From IMG/VR virus record IMGVR_UViG_3300022602_000132, positions 1-54,155 of that record: 54,155 bases of DNA, one strand, 5' to 3'. This DNA is from a virus (taxonomy: Duplodnaviria; Caudoviricetes). Numbering within the stretch: the stretch's first letter is position 1; each line of letters starts with the position of its first letter. The notes beneath the pieces are model-generated. The model saw only the letters and a list, made by a program, of their open reading frames with translations, did no database searches and had not been told where the DNA came from. Position numbers and translations under genes: made by a program. Shown here in pieces: positions 38,648-46,910 of the stretch.

Positions 38648-38766
38648 TGAATATATTCAAGATTTTTCATAAGCACAAAACGGAAGATGTAGCTTGTCCA
38701 TTTACAGGCAAGACTTACATAATGTGTATTTCATGTAACAAGAGAGTCGGTATTCGCAATGGGTAG
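38647..38766 (+). CDS. 39-aa zinc-ribbon-like microprotein (not in ORF track)
   Basis: MNIFKIFHKHKTEDVACPFTGKTYIMCISCNKRVGIRNG; GGAG SD, TAATG coupling, fills the gap exactly. Confidence 0.55.
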   Translation: MNIFKIFHKHKTEDVACPFTGKTYIMCISCNKRVGIRNG

Positions 38767-39541
38767 AGATGTAATTGCTAATCTAAAATTTCAAAAACCT
38801 TTGGATGGAGGTTTTGATCCAGTTAAGTTTGCAAAAATGTATGAGGAGGCAGTTTTAAATGGAAAAAGAAAAGATGAGTTTACTCAAAAGAAAACCTTTT
38901 CTCCTAGCAGCGTTGGTTATGGCAATGGTAATTGTCCTAGATATTGGTTCATTGCTTTTACTGGTGCTGAATTTGAAAATGAAACCGATGCTATGGGTGT
39001 TATTAACATGGATAATGGTACGTATGTTCATGATCGTATCCAGAAAGTTATGGCTAAAACGCCAGTATTCAAAGCAAATGAAACAGAAGTTACTCATGAT
39101 GACCCTCCGATTAGAGGATTTGCAGATACTTTTATTGAATGGGAAGGCAAAGAGGTAGTAGGAGAAATAAAGTCTGCTAAACAGGAAATCTTTGATATAA
39201 GACAAGCAGAAATGCAAGGACTTCCTTATCATAAGATTCAACTGCTTACATACATGAAAATTCGTGGTGCAGAACAAGGATTCTTCTTCTATGAAAATAA
39301 GAATGATAATTCATTTTTGATTATTCCGATTAACATGGATGAGAAAAACACTAAGCTCATCGAGGGTGTGTGGGATTGGCTTAGAAAAGTTTATTTAGCC
39401 TATGAAGCTGGTACATTACCAGAACGTACATTCACCAAATCTCAGTGGGCATGCAAAGGTTGTCCTGTAAAGAAGGTCTGCTGGGCAGATAAGAAGGACC
39501 TCGGCGAAGTTTACATAGAACCGTTGGTGCTTGAAAAATGA
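38759..39541 (+). CDS. Cas4-family (PD-(D/E)xK) exonuclease
   Basis: CPR, GTYVH, D...EIKS, QLLTYM, C-terminal CKGCPVKKVC Fe-S ligands; no CRISPR array in window. Confidence 0.8.
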   Translation: MGRDVIANLKFQKPLDGGFDPVKFAKMYEEAVLNGKRKDEFTQKKTFSPSSVGYGNGNCPRYWFIAFTGAEFENETDAMGVINMDNGTYVHDRIQKVMAKTPVFKANETEVTHDDPPIRGFADTFIEWEGKEVVGEIKSAKQEIFDIRQAEMQGLPYHKIQLLTYMKIRGAEQGFFFYENKNDNSFLIIPINMDEKNTKLIEGVWDWLRKVYLAYEAGTLPERTFTKSQWACKGCPVKKVCWADKKDLGEVYIEPLVLEK

Positions 39542-40251
39542 AAAAAGCAGTATTGTTTACGGTTTTTAATAGAGTAGATTATCTAAGAGAAACGCTGGAA
39601 AGCTGGTCAAATGTAGATTTAATAAAAGATTATGATTTTTGTTTTTATGTGGAACCTAGCGATGTATCCAAACAGATTACAGATTTGATCTATAATTTTG
39701 AGGATAAAACAGACATTAACTTTAGTATACATTACAATGAAAATGTCCTTGGAACGGGCGGTAATACTTGGAGAGGTTTTGAAGATTTATTTAAAAAGTA
39801 TGATTTTGTTATATTGGCAGAAGATGATGTAGTTGTTTCTAAAGATGTTTTAAGATATTTTAATGCATCAGAAAAGATGTATCGTGAAGATGATGAGATA
39901 GCAATTATTTCTGCAAATACTAAATGGGATACTAAAGATCCTACTTTAGTTATTCGTGAACAAGGATTTAATGGACTTGTGTGGGGAACTTGGTCTAAAT
40001 ACTGGAATAATTACTTTAGAGATAATTGGGATAAAGATTATTCTTCTGATCCAGTACATAATGGCTGGGATTGGCATTTAAATTTAAGAATTTTGCCTAA
40101 TAATAGTTTAAAGAATATTAATCCTTTAGCTTCAAGATCAAATCATATAGGTATAAAAGGAATGCATTGTGATGAAAAAGCTTTTGATTTAACTAAGTCA
40201 CCTTCCTTTAGGATAGATCATAACTGGTATTGGCTGGAGGAATCTAAATAA
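39538..40251 (+). CDS. GT-A fold glycosyltransferase (GnT-I/GT13-like)
   Basis: 'FNRVDYLRETLES', 'AEDD', 'GWDW', 'SRSNHIG.KG'. Confidence 0.7.
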   Translation: MKKAVLFTVFNRVDYLRETLESWSNVDLIKDYDFCFYVEPSDVSKQITDLIYNFEDKTDINFSIHYNENVLGTGGNTWRGFEDLFKKYDFVILAEDDVVVSKDVLRYFNASEKMYREDDEIAIISANTKWDTKDPTLVIREQGFNGLVWGTWSKYWNNYFRDNWDKDYSSDPVHNGWDWHLNLRILPNNSLKNINPLASRSNHIGIKGMHCDEKAFDLTKSPSFRIDHNWYWLEESK

Positions 40252-40553
40252 TGAAATGTGCCCATAATCAATGCGGTAAGGAATTTACTCCCAGAACTCA
40301 TAACATGAAATATTGTTCTGATGAATGTTGCAGAACAGCAACTAACGAAAAGCTCAGAGATGCCTATTACGAGAAAAAAGATAGGCTTGCGGGTAAAAAG
40401 CGGGTGTGCAAAACTAATGGTTGCGATGTATTGTTAAGTAGATATAACGAAGGTAAAATCTGCAGTAAGTGTGAGAACGCAAAAAGAACTTCAGACAGAA
40501 ATGAAATCATAGAGATGGTAAGAAGTGTCACTGGCAAAACTAGCAAAGCCTAA
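40251..40553 (+). CDS. Cys-rich zinc-finger protein
   Basis: C-x4-CGKEF...KYCSDEC, C-x4-C, CSKC. Confidence 0.6.
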   Translation: MKCAHNQCGKEFTPRTHNMKYCSDECCRTATNEKLRDAYYEKKDRLAGKKRVCKTNGCDVLLSRYNEGKICSKCENAKRTSDRNEIIEMVRSVTGKTSKA

Positions 40554-41082
40554 AGCAGAGAAAGTTCTCGGAATAGATGCAAGCACAAATAGCTTTGCTT
40601 TCTGTCTGATGGACAATGATCGTGCTGTAAAATGGGGAGAAGTTACTTTTGAAGGTGCCGATGTTTATGAAAGAATATTGGACGCTAAAAATAAAATCAA
40701 ATCATTTAAGCATACATTAGATTTTGATTTTGTTGTTATAGAAGCAGCAATTTCAGTTAGATCTGTTCATACTGGAATGAAGATGGCTTACGTTTTCGGT
40801 GCTATAATGGGAGAGTTACTTAGTGAAAATGTTGAAGTTGTTGAAGTACATCCAATAACATGGCAGTCTTACATAGGTAATAAAAATTACACCAAGGCGG
40901 AAAAAGATGCAATCAAGGCTGAGTTTCCAGGAAAATCAGATAACTGGATCAAGGGGAAAATCAGAGAGCGTAGAAAGCAAAGGACAATTGACTTTGCTAG
41001 AAATTTGGGCATCAAAACTGAGTCCGATAACGTGGCAGATGCTGCGGGAATTGCATGGTATGCAGTAAATGAAGTTGTGTGA
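40525..41082 (+). CDS. ruvC: RuvC-like Holliday junction resolvase
   Basis: 'LGIDAST', 'VVIE', 'PITWQ', 'DNVADA'. Confidence 0.8.
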   Translation: MSLAKLAKPKAEKVLGIDASTNSFAFCLMDNDRAVKWGEVTFEGADVYERILDAKNKIKSFKHTLDFDFVVIEAAISVRSVHTGMKMAYVFGAIMGELLSENVEVVEVHPITWQSYIGNKNYTKAEKDAIKAEFPGKSDNWIKGKIRERRKQRTIDFARNLGIKTESDNVADAAGIAWYAVNEVV

Positions 41083-41091
41083 GGAGGTATA

Positions 41092-41265
41092 ATGGCTAAG
41101 AGTACAAAACTTTGGGAAAACAAAGACTGGGTAATCAAGAGATATTCAGTTGAGAAGAAGACTGTTCTTCAAATGGCTATGGAAGCAAAGTGCTCCCATA
41201 TGACAATCCAGCGAGCGTTGGAAAGATTCGAACTAATTAAAAAACCTAGAAAGTGGACTAAGTAA
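41092..41265 (+). CDS. 57-aa HTH protein (not in ORF track)
   Basis: GGAGG SD; 'WENKDWVIKRY...KTVLQMAMEAKCSHMTIQRAL'. Confidence 0.65.
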   Translation: MAKSTKLWENKDWVIKRYSVEKKTVLQMAMEAKCSHMTIQRALERFELIKKPRKWTK

Positions 41266-41606
41266 TGTTGAAACCTGTTTATGGAGATGTAAAACAATTC
41301 AGTTGTGATGACCTATATATGCATGCAAATAGTGCTCCCTCTGGCTATAAAATTTGGAATGCATGCCATGAAATTGCACAACTTTTAATTGAAAAGAATA
41401 TATCTTATGGAGATTCCGCCCTATCTCCAAGTCGTATATTTGCACAATCTGACAGTGTAGAGCAATTAAAGGTTAGAATTGATGACAAATTAAACCGTGT
41501 AAAGAACAACCAAGGTTTTGCTGGAGACAATGATATTGATGATTTGATTGGTTATTTAATTTTACTTAAAATTTCGGTTGACAAAAGTGACAGTTGGAAG
41601 GTATAA
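41265..41606 (+). CDS. DUF1599 / nucleotide-modification-associated domain 1-like protein
   Basis: 'KNISYGDS', 'VRIDDKLNR', 'DDLIGYLIL'. Confidence 0.7.
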   Translation: MLKPVYGDVKQFSCDDLYMHANSAPSGYKIWNACHEIAQLLIEKNISYGDSALSPSRIFAQSDSVEQLKVRIDDKLNRVKNNQGFAGDNDIDDLIGYLILLKISVDKSDSWKV

Positions 41607-41607
41607 T
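41578..41607 (+). promoter_or_regulatory. Sigma70-type promoter, leaderless
   Basis: TTGACA-N18-TATAAT, ATG 5 nt later. Confidence 0.7.
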
Positions 41608-41612
41608 TAAGT

Positions 41613-41792
41613 ATGCCAACATATGAATATAACTGTGTAACTTGTGAAGAAAAGACTGAAGTAACACGAGGTTTTAAAGACGAAGAAGTTCTACCGCCAT
41701 GTCCAAAATGTGGATATAAAATGGCAAGAGTCTATACCCCAGCAGGTATACAATTTAAGGGATCAGGATTTTATAAAACAGATAATGGATAA
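41613..41792 (+). CDS. FmdB-family zinc ribbon protein (not in ORF track)
   Basis: MPTYEYNCVTC...CPKCG...IQFKGSGFYKTD. Confidence 0.85.
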   Translation: MPTYEYNCVTCEEKTEVTRGFKDEEVLPPCPKCGYKMARVYTPAGIQFKGSGFYKTDNG

Positions 41793-42312
41793 TCAAATTG
41801 AAGTAGCAGGTAAGTTTGATCAAATGAATAAAGTTGTTGAAGAGCTTCTAAAGGGAAGCACTCCAGCATCTATTGCTCGTGCTCTTGACTTAACCCGTGT
41901 TCAGGTTGATAATCATATACAGACTTGGAAGGAATTGGTCCAAGATAACAGTGCTATTAAGGCTCGTGCCAAGGAAGCCCTTGCTGGTGCTGATGAGCAT
42001 TACAGTATGCTTATAAAAGAAGCTTGGCGTACGTTAGAGCAGGCTGATATGCAAGATGCACTGCCAGTTAAAACTCAAGCACTAAAGTTGATTGCTGATA
42101 TTGAGGCTAAGCGTATTGATATGTTGAACAAGGCGGGAGTCTTGGAAAACAATGATATGGCAGATGAGATATTAGAGTCAGAAAGAAAGCAAGAAATTTT
42201 AGTAGGAATATTAAGAGACGTGACTTCATCATGTGATCATTGTAAGTGGGAGGTTTCAAAAAGACTATCTCAGGTTACTGGTCAGGTAGAGGCTGTAATT
42301 ATTAATGAGTGA
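41785..42312 (+). CDS. Putative terminase small subunit (HTH + helical)
   Basis: N-terminal HTH 'PASIARALDLTRVQV'; overlaps large terminase start; start reassigned to ATG 41785. Confidence 0.55.
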   Translation: MDNQIEVAGKFDQMNKVVEELLKGSTPASIARALDLTRVQVDNHIQTWKELVQDNSAIKARAKEALAGADEHYSMLIKEAWRTLEQADMQDALPVKTQALKLIADIEAKRIDMLNKAGVLENNDMADEILESERKQEILVGILRDVTSSCDHCKWEVSKRLSQVTGQVEAVIINE

Positions 42313-44152
42313 TTTTAATATCTTTTTAGATGCTTTAAGTGGTGATGAATTTGATGAAACTCCAGCCAGTCTGGAAACTTTTGTAACTGAAAAAGAATAC
42401 CTTGGTTTACCACCATTATCAGAGTTGCAATATACAATGATTAAAGCATCAACCCAAATCTATAAACGTGAAACTTTGCATAAAATTTATGGAGAAGTAG
42501 AAGGCGAAAAGATATTTAAGCAAACTTGCAATGAAGTTATTTTGCAATTGGGTAAAGGATCTGGAAAAGACTACACATCTACCATTGCTTGTGCATACAT
42601 GGTGCATATGCTTTTGTGCCTTAAAGATCCAGCAAAGTATTATGGCAAACCTCCAGGAGATGCTATTGATATTATTAACATTGCTATTAACGCTGTTCAG
42701 GCTAACCGAGTATTCTTTAAAGGATTTAATCAGCGTATCGAAAAGTCTCCTTGGTTTCAAGGTAAATACATAGCAAAAGCTAACATGGTAGAGTTTGATA
42801 AAGGCGTTACTGTACACTCAGGCCACTCAGAATCTGAAGCTTGGGAAGGATATAACGTTATTGCTGTTATCCTAGATGAAATTTCGGGTTTCGAGTTAGA
42901 ATCTACATCTGGTCATCAGAATGCTAAAACTGCATCATCTATTTATAAGATGTATAAAGCATCTATTACATCTCGTTTCCCAGATTTTGGAAAGCTCGTA
43001 TTGCTTTCTTTCCCACGCTTTAAAAATGACTATATTCAGCAGCGTTATAATGAATCTATAGCTGAAAAAGAAGTTGTATTAAGACATCATAAGTTTAAGG
43101 TTGATCCAGATCTTCCAGATGGAACAACGGGTAATGAATTTGAAATTGAATGGGAAGAAGACCACATCATCTCTTACAAGCTGCCTAGGATATTTGCATT
43201 AAAGCGTCCAACATGGGAAATTAATCCAACGAGAAAAATTGAGGATTTTACAGAAGCTTTTTATACAGATCCACTTGATGCTTTGATGCGTTTTGCATGT
43301 ATGCCACCAGAAGCAACAGATGCGTTCTTTAAAAATCGTGCTGTAATTGAAAAAGCATTTAGCAATCCAAAGCTAAATGTAGATGAGTATGGTAGATTTG
43401 ATGATCATTTTCAACCAGATCCAGATAAGCTTTACTTTGTTCACGTAGACTTAGCCCAAAAACATGACCATTGTGCAGTTGCAATGTCTCACGTTGATGG
43501 CTGGGTAACAATGAAGATTGGCGATAAATACAAGGAAGCAGCACCTAGAATTATAGTTGATGCTGTACGTTTTTGGACCCCGACTGCATCTAAATCTGTA
43601 GATTTTACTGAGGTAAAAGAATACATAATTAGTCTAAGACAGCGGGGATTCAATTTAAAGATGGTTACATTTGACCGATGGAATTCTCATGACATGATGC
43701 AGCAATTAAAAGCACACGGAATAAATACTGAATTACTTTCTGTTGCAAAAAAACACTATGAGGATATGTCTTTGTGTCTTACAGAAGAGCGTGTTTTGGG
43801 CCCACAAATACAATTGCTTATTGATGAATTGTTGCAATTGCGTATTGTTAAGGATAAGGTAGACCACCCTAGAAAAGGCTCTAAAGACCTTTCTGACGCT
43901 GTTTGCGGTGCGATATACAACTCTGTAGCATTAACTCCTCGTGATCTAAATGGTGAGTTAGATATCTATACTTATTCTGGTGTATTTGCTGATGAATTAC
44001 AGCAGCTTAAAGAAGAGTCAGATGCTAGACTTGCAGCAAGTAATCAGATTAGAGTTCCAGAAAAGAAAGATATACCATTAAATTTGCGAGAATACATGGG
44101 GCTGGATGATGATGAAGAAGATTTTAGAGTTGACAGCATGAGAATTCTGTAG
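42305..44152 (+). CDS. Terminase large subunit
   Basis: Walker A GKGSGKD, Walker B ILDE, nuclease HVDLA...TFDRW...KDLSDA. Confidence 0.88.
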   Translation: MSDFNIFLDALSGDEFDETPASLETFVTEKEYLGLPPLSELQYTMIKASTQIYKRETLHKIYGEVEGEKIFKQTCNEVILQLGKGSGKDYTSTIACAYMVHMLLCLKDPAKYYGKPPGDAIDIINIAINAVQANRVFFKGFNQRIEKSPWFQGKYIAKANMVEFDKGVTVHSGHSESEAWEGYNVIAVILDEISGFELESTSGHQNAKTASSIYKMYKASITSRFPDFGKLVLLSFPRFKNDYIQQRYNESIAEKEVVLRHHKFKVDPDLPDGTTGNEFEIEWEEDHIISYKLPRIFALKRPTWEINPTRKIEDFTEAFYTDPLDALMRFACMPPEATDAFFKNRAVIEKAFSNPKLNVDEYGRFDDHFQPDPDKLYFVHVDLAQKHDHCAVAMSHVDGWVTMKIGDKYKEAAPRIIVDAVRFWTPTASKSVDFTEVKEYIISLRQRGFNLKMVTFDRWNSHDMMQQLKAHGINTELLSVAKKHYEDMSLCLTEERVLGPQIQLLIDELLQLRIVKDKVDHPRKGSKDLSDAVCGAIYNSVALTPRDLNGELDIYTYSGVFADELQQLKEESDARLAASNQIRVPEKKDIPLNLREYMGLDDDEEDFRVDSMRIL

Positions 44153-44158
44153 TAAACT
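44130..44158 (+). promoter_or_regulatory. Sigma70-type promoter, leaderless
   Basis: TTGACA-N17-TAAACT, ATG 6 nt later. Confidence 0.6.
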
Positions 44159-44164
44159 ACAGGC

Positions 44165-44452
44165 ATGATAGCAAACGGAACATTAAAAACAATTAATGAT
44201 GATGAAGACATTTATGTGTCTCTAACTCAACTATGTGAGTATTTTACTCAGTCCAGTCTGAATATGAAAAATGAAGCAGATCTTGTTGATAATAAAAATA
44301 AAAGGTATGCACAAGGAATGGTGGACCTCATGTTCACCATTGCTGAAGAAATGATTCAATTTGGAAAATTTGAAGCACAAAAAAGAATGATTGATGGGCC
44401 AGAAGATTTGCTTGCTATGATTGACAAAGCAGGTGGAGGTATAGTAGAATAA
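44165..44452 (+). CDS. Hypothetical protein
   Basis: ORF with own promoter. Confidence 0.55.
   Translation: MIANGTLKTINDDEDIYVSLTQLCEYFTQSSLNMKNEADLVDNKNKRYAQGMVDLMFTIAEEMIQFGKFEAQKRMIDGPEDLLAMIDKAGGGIVE
44421..44450 (+). promoter_or_regulatory. Promoter of tRNA cluster
   Basis: TTGACA-N18-TAGAAT 10 nt before tRNA-Asn. Confidence 0.7.
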
Positions 44453-44460
44453 TACTATAA

Positions 44461-44533
44461 TGGGGTGTAGCTCAGCAGGCAGAGCATTCGACTGTTAATC
44501 GAAGTGTCACAGGTTCGATCCCTGTCACCCCAG
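44461..44533 (+). tRNA. tRNA-Asn (GTT)
   Basis: Acceptor TGGGGTG/CACCCCA, anticodon arm TTCGA-CTGTTAA-TCGAA, GTTCGATC T-loop; CCA not encoded. Confidence 0.92.
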
Positions 44534-44537
44534 CTAA

Positions 44538-44611
44538 GGTCCGTTAGTTCAGTCGGTTAGAACGCCACCCTGTCACGGTGGAGGTCAGGGATTCAAGTTC
44601 CCTACGGATCG
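44538..44611 (+). tRNA. tRNA-Asp (GTC)
   Basis: Acceptor GGTCCGT/ACGGATC, CCACC-CTGTCAC-GGTGG, T-arm AGGGA-TTCAAGT-TCCCT. Confidence 0.9.
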
Positions 44612-44614
44612 CAA

Positions 44615-44752
44615 GGCAACACTTGTATTGCTTCTCAATGGTTGGAAGTTTACGCAAGTATCTAAGTGGACGCTAGCACGACTTAGACGGTATCATCGGA
44701 ATACTCGGTTACGAGACCTTACAGTGTGGTGAAAGATAAACTGATCCGATAC
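44615..44752 (+). ncRNA. Candidate structured ncRNA directly 3' of tRNA-Asp
   Basis: Non-coding gap with stems ACTTGT/GCAAGT, TCTAAGT/ACTTAGA, ATCGGA/TCCGAT enclosing CTCG-GTTA-CGAG and ACC/GGT. Confidence 0.45.
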
Positions 44753-44783
44753 ATTATTAACAAACTAACAGAAAGAGTATAAT

Positions 44784-45020
44784 ATGAATATGATGGCAGA
44801 AAAGACAGAAGAAGTTAAGTCTTATGTACTTGGACCACAAGATCGTTGTGACTCATGTTCTGCGGAAGCTTTAGTTTGGGTGAACGGCGTGGCGGGAGAG
44901 TTGCTATTCTGTGGTCATCATTATAATAAGCATGAAGAAAAGCTTAAAGATTATGCATTTGAAATTGTTGATGAAAGAGATAAGCTGATACAAAATAGAG
45001 CAGTTGGATCTGAAAACTAA
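44784..45020 (+). CDS. Small actinobacterial-type zinc finger (DUF7455-like)
   Basis: 'DRCDSC.AEA.V....GELLFCGHH..KHEEKL...IVDER'. Confidence 0.7.
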   Translation: MNMMAEKTEEVKSYVLGPQDRCDSCSAEALVWVNGVAGELLFCGHHYNKHEEKLKDYAFEIVDERDKLIQNRAVGSEN

Positions 45021-45028
45021 ATAGTTTT

Positions 45029-45103
45029 GCTCTAGTAGCTTAATCTGGTTAAAGCATTAGTCTTATATACTAACGAGTGTCAGTTCAAATCTGACCTAGA
45101 GTA
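45029..45103 (+). tRNA. tRNA-Ile (TAT)
   Basis: Acceptor GCTCTAG/CTAGAGT, TTAGT-CTTATAT-ACTAA, T-arm GTCAG-TTCAAAT-CTGAC. Confidence 0.85.
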
Positions 45104-45104
45104 C

Positions 45105-45178
45105 GGAGCATTAGCTTAGTTGGTAAAAGCCCCGAACTCATAATTCGGTAATCCTCAGTTCAAGTCTGAGATGCTCCA
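45105..45178 (+). tRNA. tRNA with CAT anticodon (elongator Met, or Ile2 if lysidine-modified)
   Basis: Acceptor GGAGCAT/ATGCTCC, CCGAA-CTCATAA-TTCGG, T-arm CTCAG-TTCAAGT-CTGAG; lacks initiator GGG/CCC and 1-72 mismatch. Confidence 0.88.
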
Positions 45179-45197
45179 CTTAAATGAAAAGGAAAAA

Positions 45198-45596
45198 ATG
45201 GAACACAAGGAAGAAATAATTAGATTGAGAAATAATGGTTTGTCGTATAGACAAATCGAAGAAGAGTTAGGATGCTCAAAGAGCACGATATCCTACCATG
45301 TTGGCGAGGGCCAAAAAGAAAAATCTTTGATTAGACAAAAAGAGAACAGAGAAGCAATCAATTCTTATATAAGAGATTATAAGGAAAGTAACCCTTGTAA
45401 AGATTGCAATAATTTTTTTCCATACTATGTAATGGATTTCGATCATTTAAAAGACAAGAGTTTTCAAATTTCAAGGCACAAAAACCACACTAAAAAGCTT
45501 GATGTTGTAAAGCAAGAAATTGATAAATGTGAACTTGTATGCTCAAATTGTCATAGAATAAGAACTAATAATAGAAAGAATGGACTAGACAAATAA
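45198..45596 (+). CDS. HTH-HNH endonuclease (free-standing homing-type)
   Basis: HTH 'GLSYRQIEEELGCSKSTISYH', then CKDC...DFDH...KCELVCSNCHRIRT. Confidence 0.8.
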   Translation: MEHKEEIIRLRNNGLSYRQIEEELGCSKSTISYHVGEGQKEKSLIRQKENREAINSYIRDYKESNPCKDCNNFFPYYVMDFDHLKDKSFQISRHKNHTKKLDVVKQEIDKCELVCSNCHRIRTNNRKNGLDK

Positions 45597-45614
45597 ATGT
45601 GATTGGTGTATACT
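45586..45614 (+). promoter_or_regulatory. Promoter for candidate ncRNA
   Basis: TAGACA ... TATACT, 7 nt upstream of the 12-bp stem start. Confidence 0.55.
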
Positions 45615-45621
45615 ATATTTA

Positions 45622-45745
45622 GGTTGTGAGCGACACACCTTAGGTATGGATATAGTTACGAATAACCAAGTAACCCGTGTGAACAGAGTTCTGCGGGAGA
45701 CTCTTAGGGCAGCCATTCAGTGCTGGAATATCGCTCACAGCCCCA
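45622..45745 (+). ncRNA. Candidate cloverleaf-like ncRNA with 12-bp terminal stem and 3' CCA
   Basis: GGTTGTGAGCGA (45622-33) pairs with TCGCTCACAGCC (45731-42), then CCA; internal arms CACAC/GTGTG (with GTTAC/GTAAC), AGAGT/ACTCT, CAGC/GCTG. Confidence 0.6.
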
Positions 45746-45760
45746 ATTTTAGGAGAACAC

Positions 45761-46345
45761 ATGCCCTTTAAAGATATGTCTAGTATAAAGATATTGGGGG
45801 ATGAAATATATGTATACGAAAACTTTTTATCCAAAAAAGAATTAAGTAAAATAAATAATAAATTAAATAATATACCAGAAGAGCTTTGGAGCAAGATGTG
45901 GGATGCAGAAGGACAAGTTCCAGATGTTAGTCCAAAGATGAGAATAACTAAAAAAATAATCAAAAGATTAAGTAAAAAGGTAAATGGACTTAATGTAAAT
46001 ATAAATGAAGTTTTTAGCAAAATGAAAACTGGAATTAGCTGGGGAGAACATGCTGATAATGCAGACTTTTTGGCGATAAGAAAATTATCTAAAACATTAA
46101 AAGATAAAGAAAAATTTAAGCTTGTTAAAAATTCAAAATATGGTGTTGTTCTTTATATAAACGATGATTATAAAGGTGGGGAAATATACTATGTTGGTCA
46201 AAATATATCTTATAAGCCAAAAGCTGGAGACCTAGTAGTTCATAGTTCAGAGGAAAAATGTAGACATGGGGTTAAACGTGTCACTTCTGGTGTAAGATAT
46301 GCATGGTCAAGTAATTTGCATGAATTACTAAGGATTCCAGAATGA
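45761..46345 (+). CDS. 2OG-Fe(II) oxygenase
   Basis: EHAD...YINDDYKGGEI...RHGVKRVTSGVRY. Confidence 0.85.
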   Translation: MPFKDMSSIKILGDEIYVYENFLSKKELSKINNKLNNIPEELWSKMWDAEGQVPDVSPKMRITKKIIKRLSKKVNGLNVNINEVFSKMKTGISWGEHADNADFLAIRKLSKTLKDKEKFKLVKNSKYGVVLYINDDYKGGEIYYVGQNISYKPKAGDLVVHSSEEKCRHGVKRVTSGVRYAWSSNLHELLRIPE

Positions 46346-46893
46346 ATAATATTTTTTTAGATTTATTTAATGAAGCAAGAGAAAATAAAAAACCATTGCT
46401 TTTAAAAAAAGTTTTACCAAATGTTCCTGGATGGGAAGATTTTATAAAAAATCTTTATAACAAGGCAAATTCAGAGCAATTAATGAAGTATGGTCATGGC
46501 AGAAATTTAAAGGATATAGCAGTCTATAATTATTTGGATCCATTTGTTGCTTTTGCAGCAAACACAGAAGATGAAAATGGTTTAAAGGGATTAAAAAATG
46601 TTACTGATTTTCTAAATATATACTTGGGTGCTGAGTTTTTCAATATTAAATCAATTATAAATTTTGCGGGGTATGAGGCTGATTACTTTAAGCATGAAGA
46701 TCCAAATGATGTTATATCTTGGCATTGCATAGGTACTGTAGAATGGCGTATATACAACGGTGATGAGTATGAGTCATATCATCTAAATCCAGGAGATATA
46801 TTTTATTGTCCCAAAGGAACAGTTCATCAAATAGTTGTGTCTGAGCCAAGAGCATCTATAGTTTTAGACTATTTCAATCCTCTAGACAATTGA
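46342..46893 (+). CDS. JmjC/cupin-4-like oxygenase
   Basis: KHED..DV...IGTVEWRIY...LNPGDIFYCPKGTVH. Confidence 0.75.
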   Translation: MNNIFLDLFNEARENKKPLLLKKVLPNVPGWEDFIKNLYNKANSEQLMKYGHGRNLKDIAVYNYLDPFVAFAANTEDENGLKGLKNVTDFLNIYLGAEFFNIKSIINFAGYEADYFKHEDPNDVISWHCIGTVEWRIYNGDEYESYHLNPGDIFYCPKGTVHQIVVSEPRASIVLDYFNPLDN

Positions 46894-46910
46894 TGTATAA
46901 TTAGTCTATT

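Noticed and set aside
38759-39541. Cas4 as evidence for a CRISPR-Cas system
   Set aside because: Solo Cas4-like nucleases are common in phage replication modules; no cas1/cas2 or array seen.
44612-44660. Canonical theta/HDV-like ribozyme after tRNA-Asp
   Set aside because: Helix order is suggestive, but P1 would be only 4 bp (CAAC/GTTG), does not start at the tRNA 3' end, and no clear catalytic J4/2 is present. Kept only as an unassigned ncRNA candidate.
45622-45745. 5S rRNA, tmRNA or true tRNA
   Set aside because: Size is similar to 5S but conserved 5S loop motifs are missing; no canonical TTCRA T-arm, anticodon arm or tag ORF.
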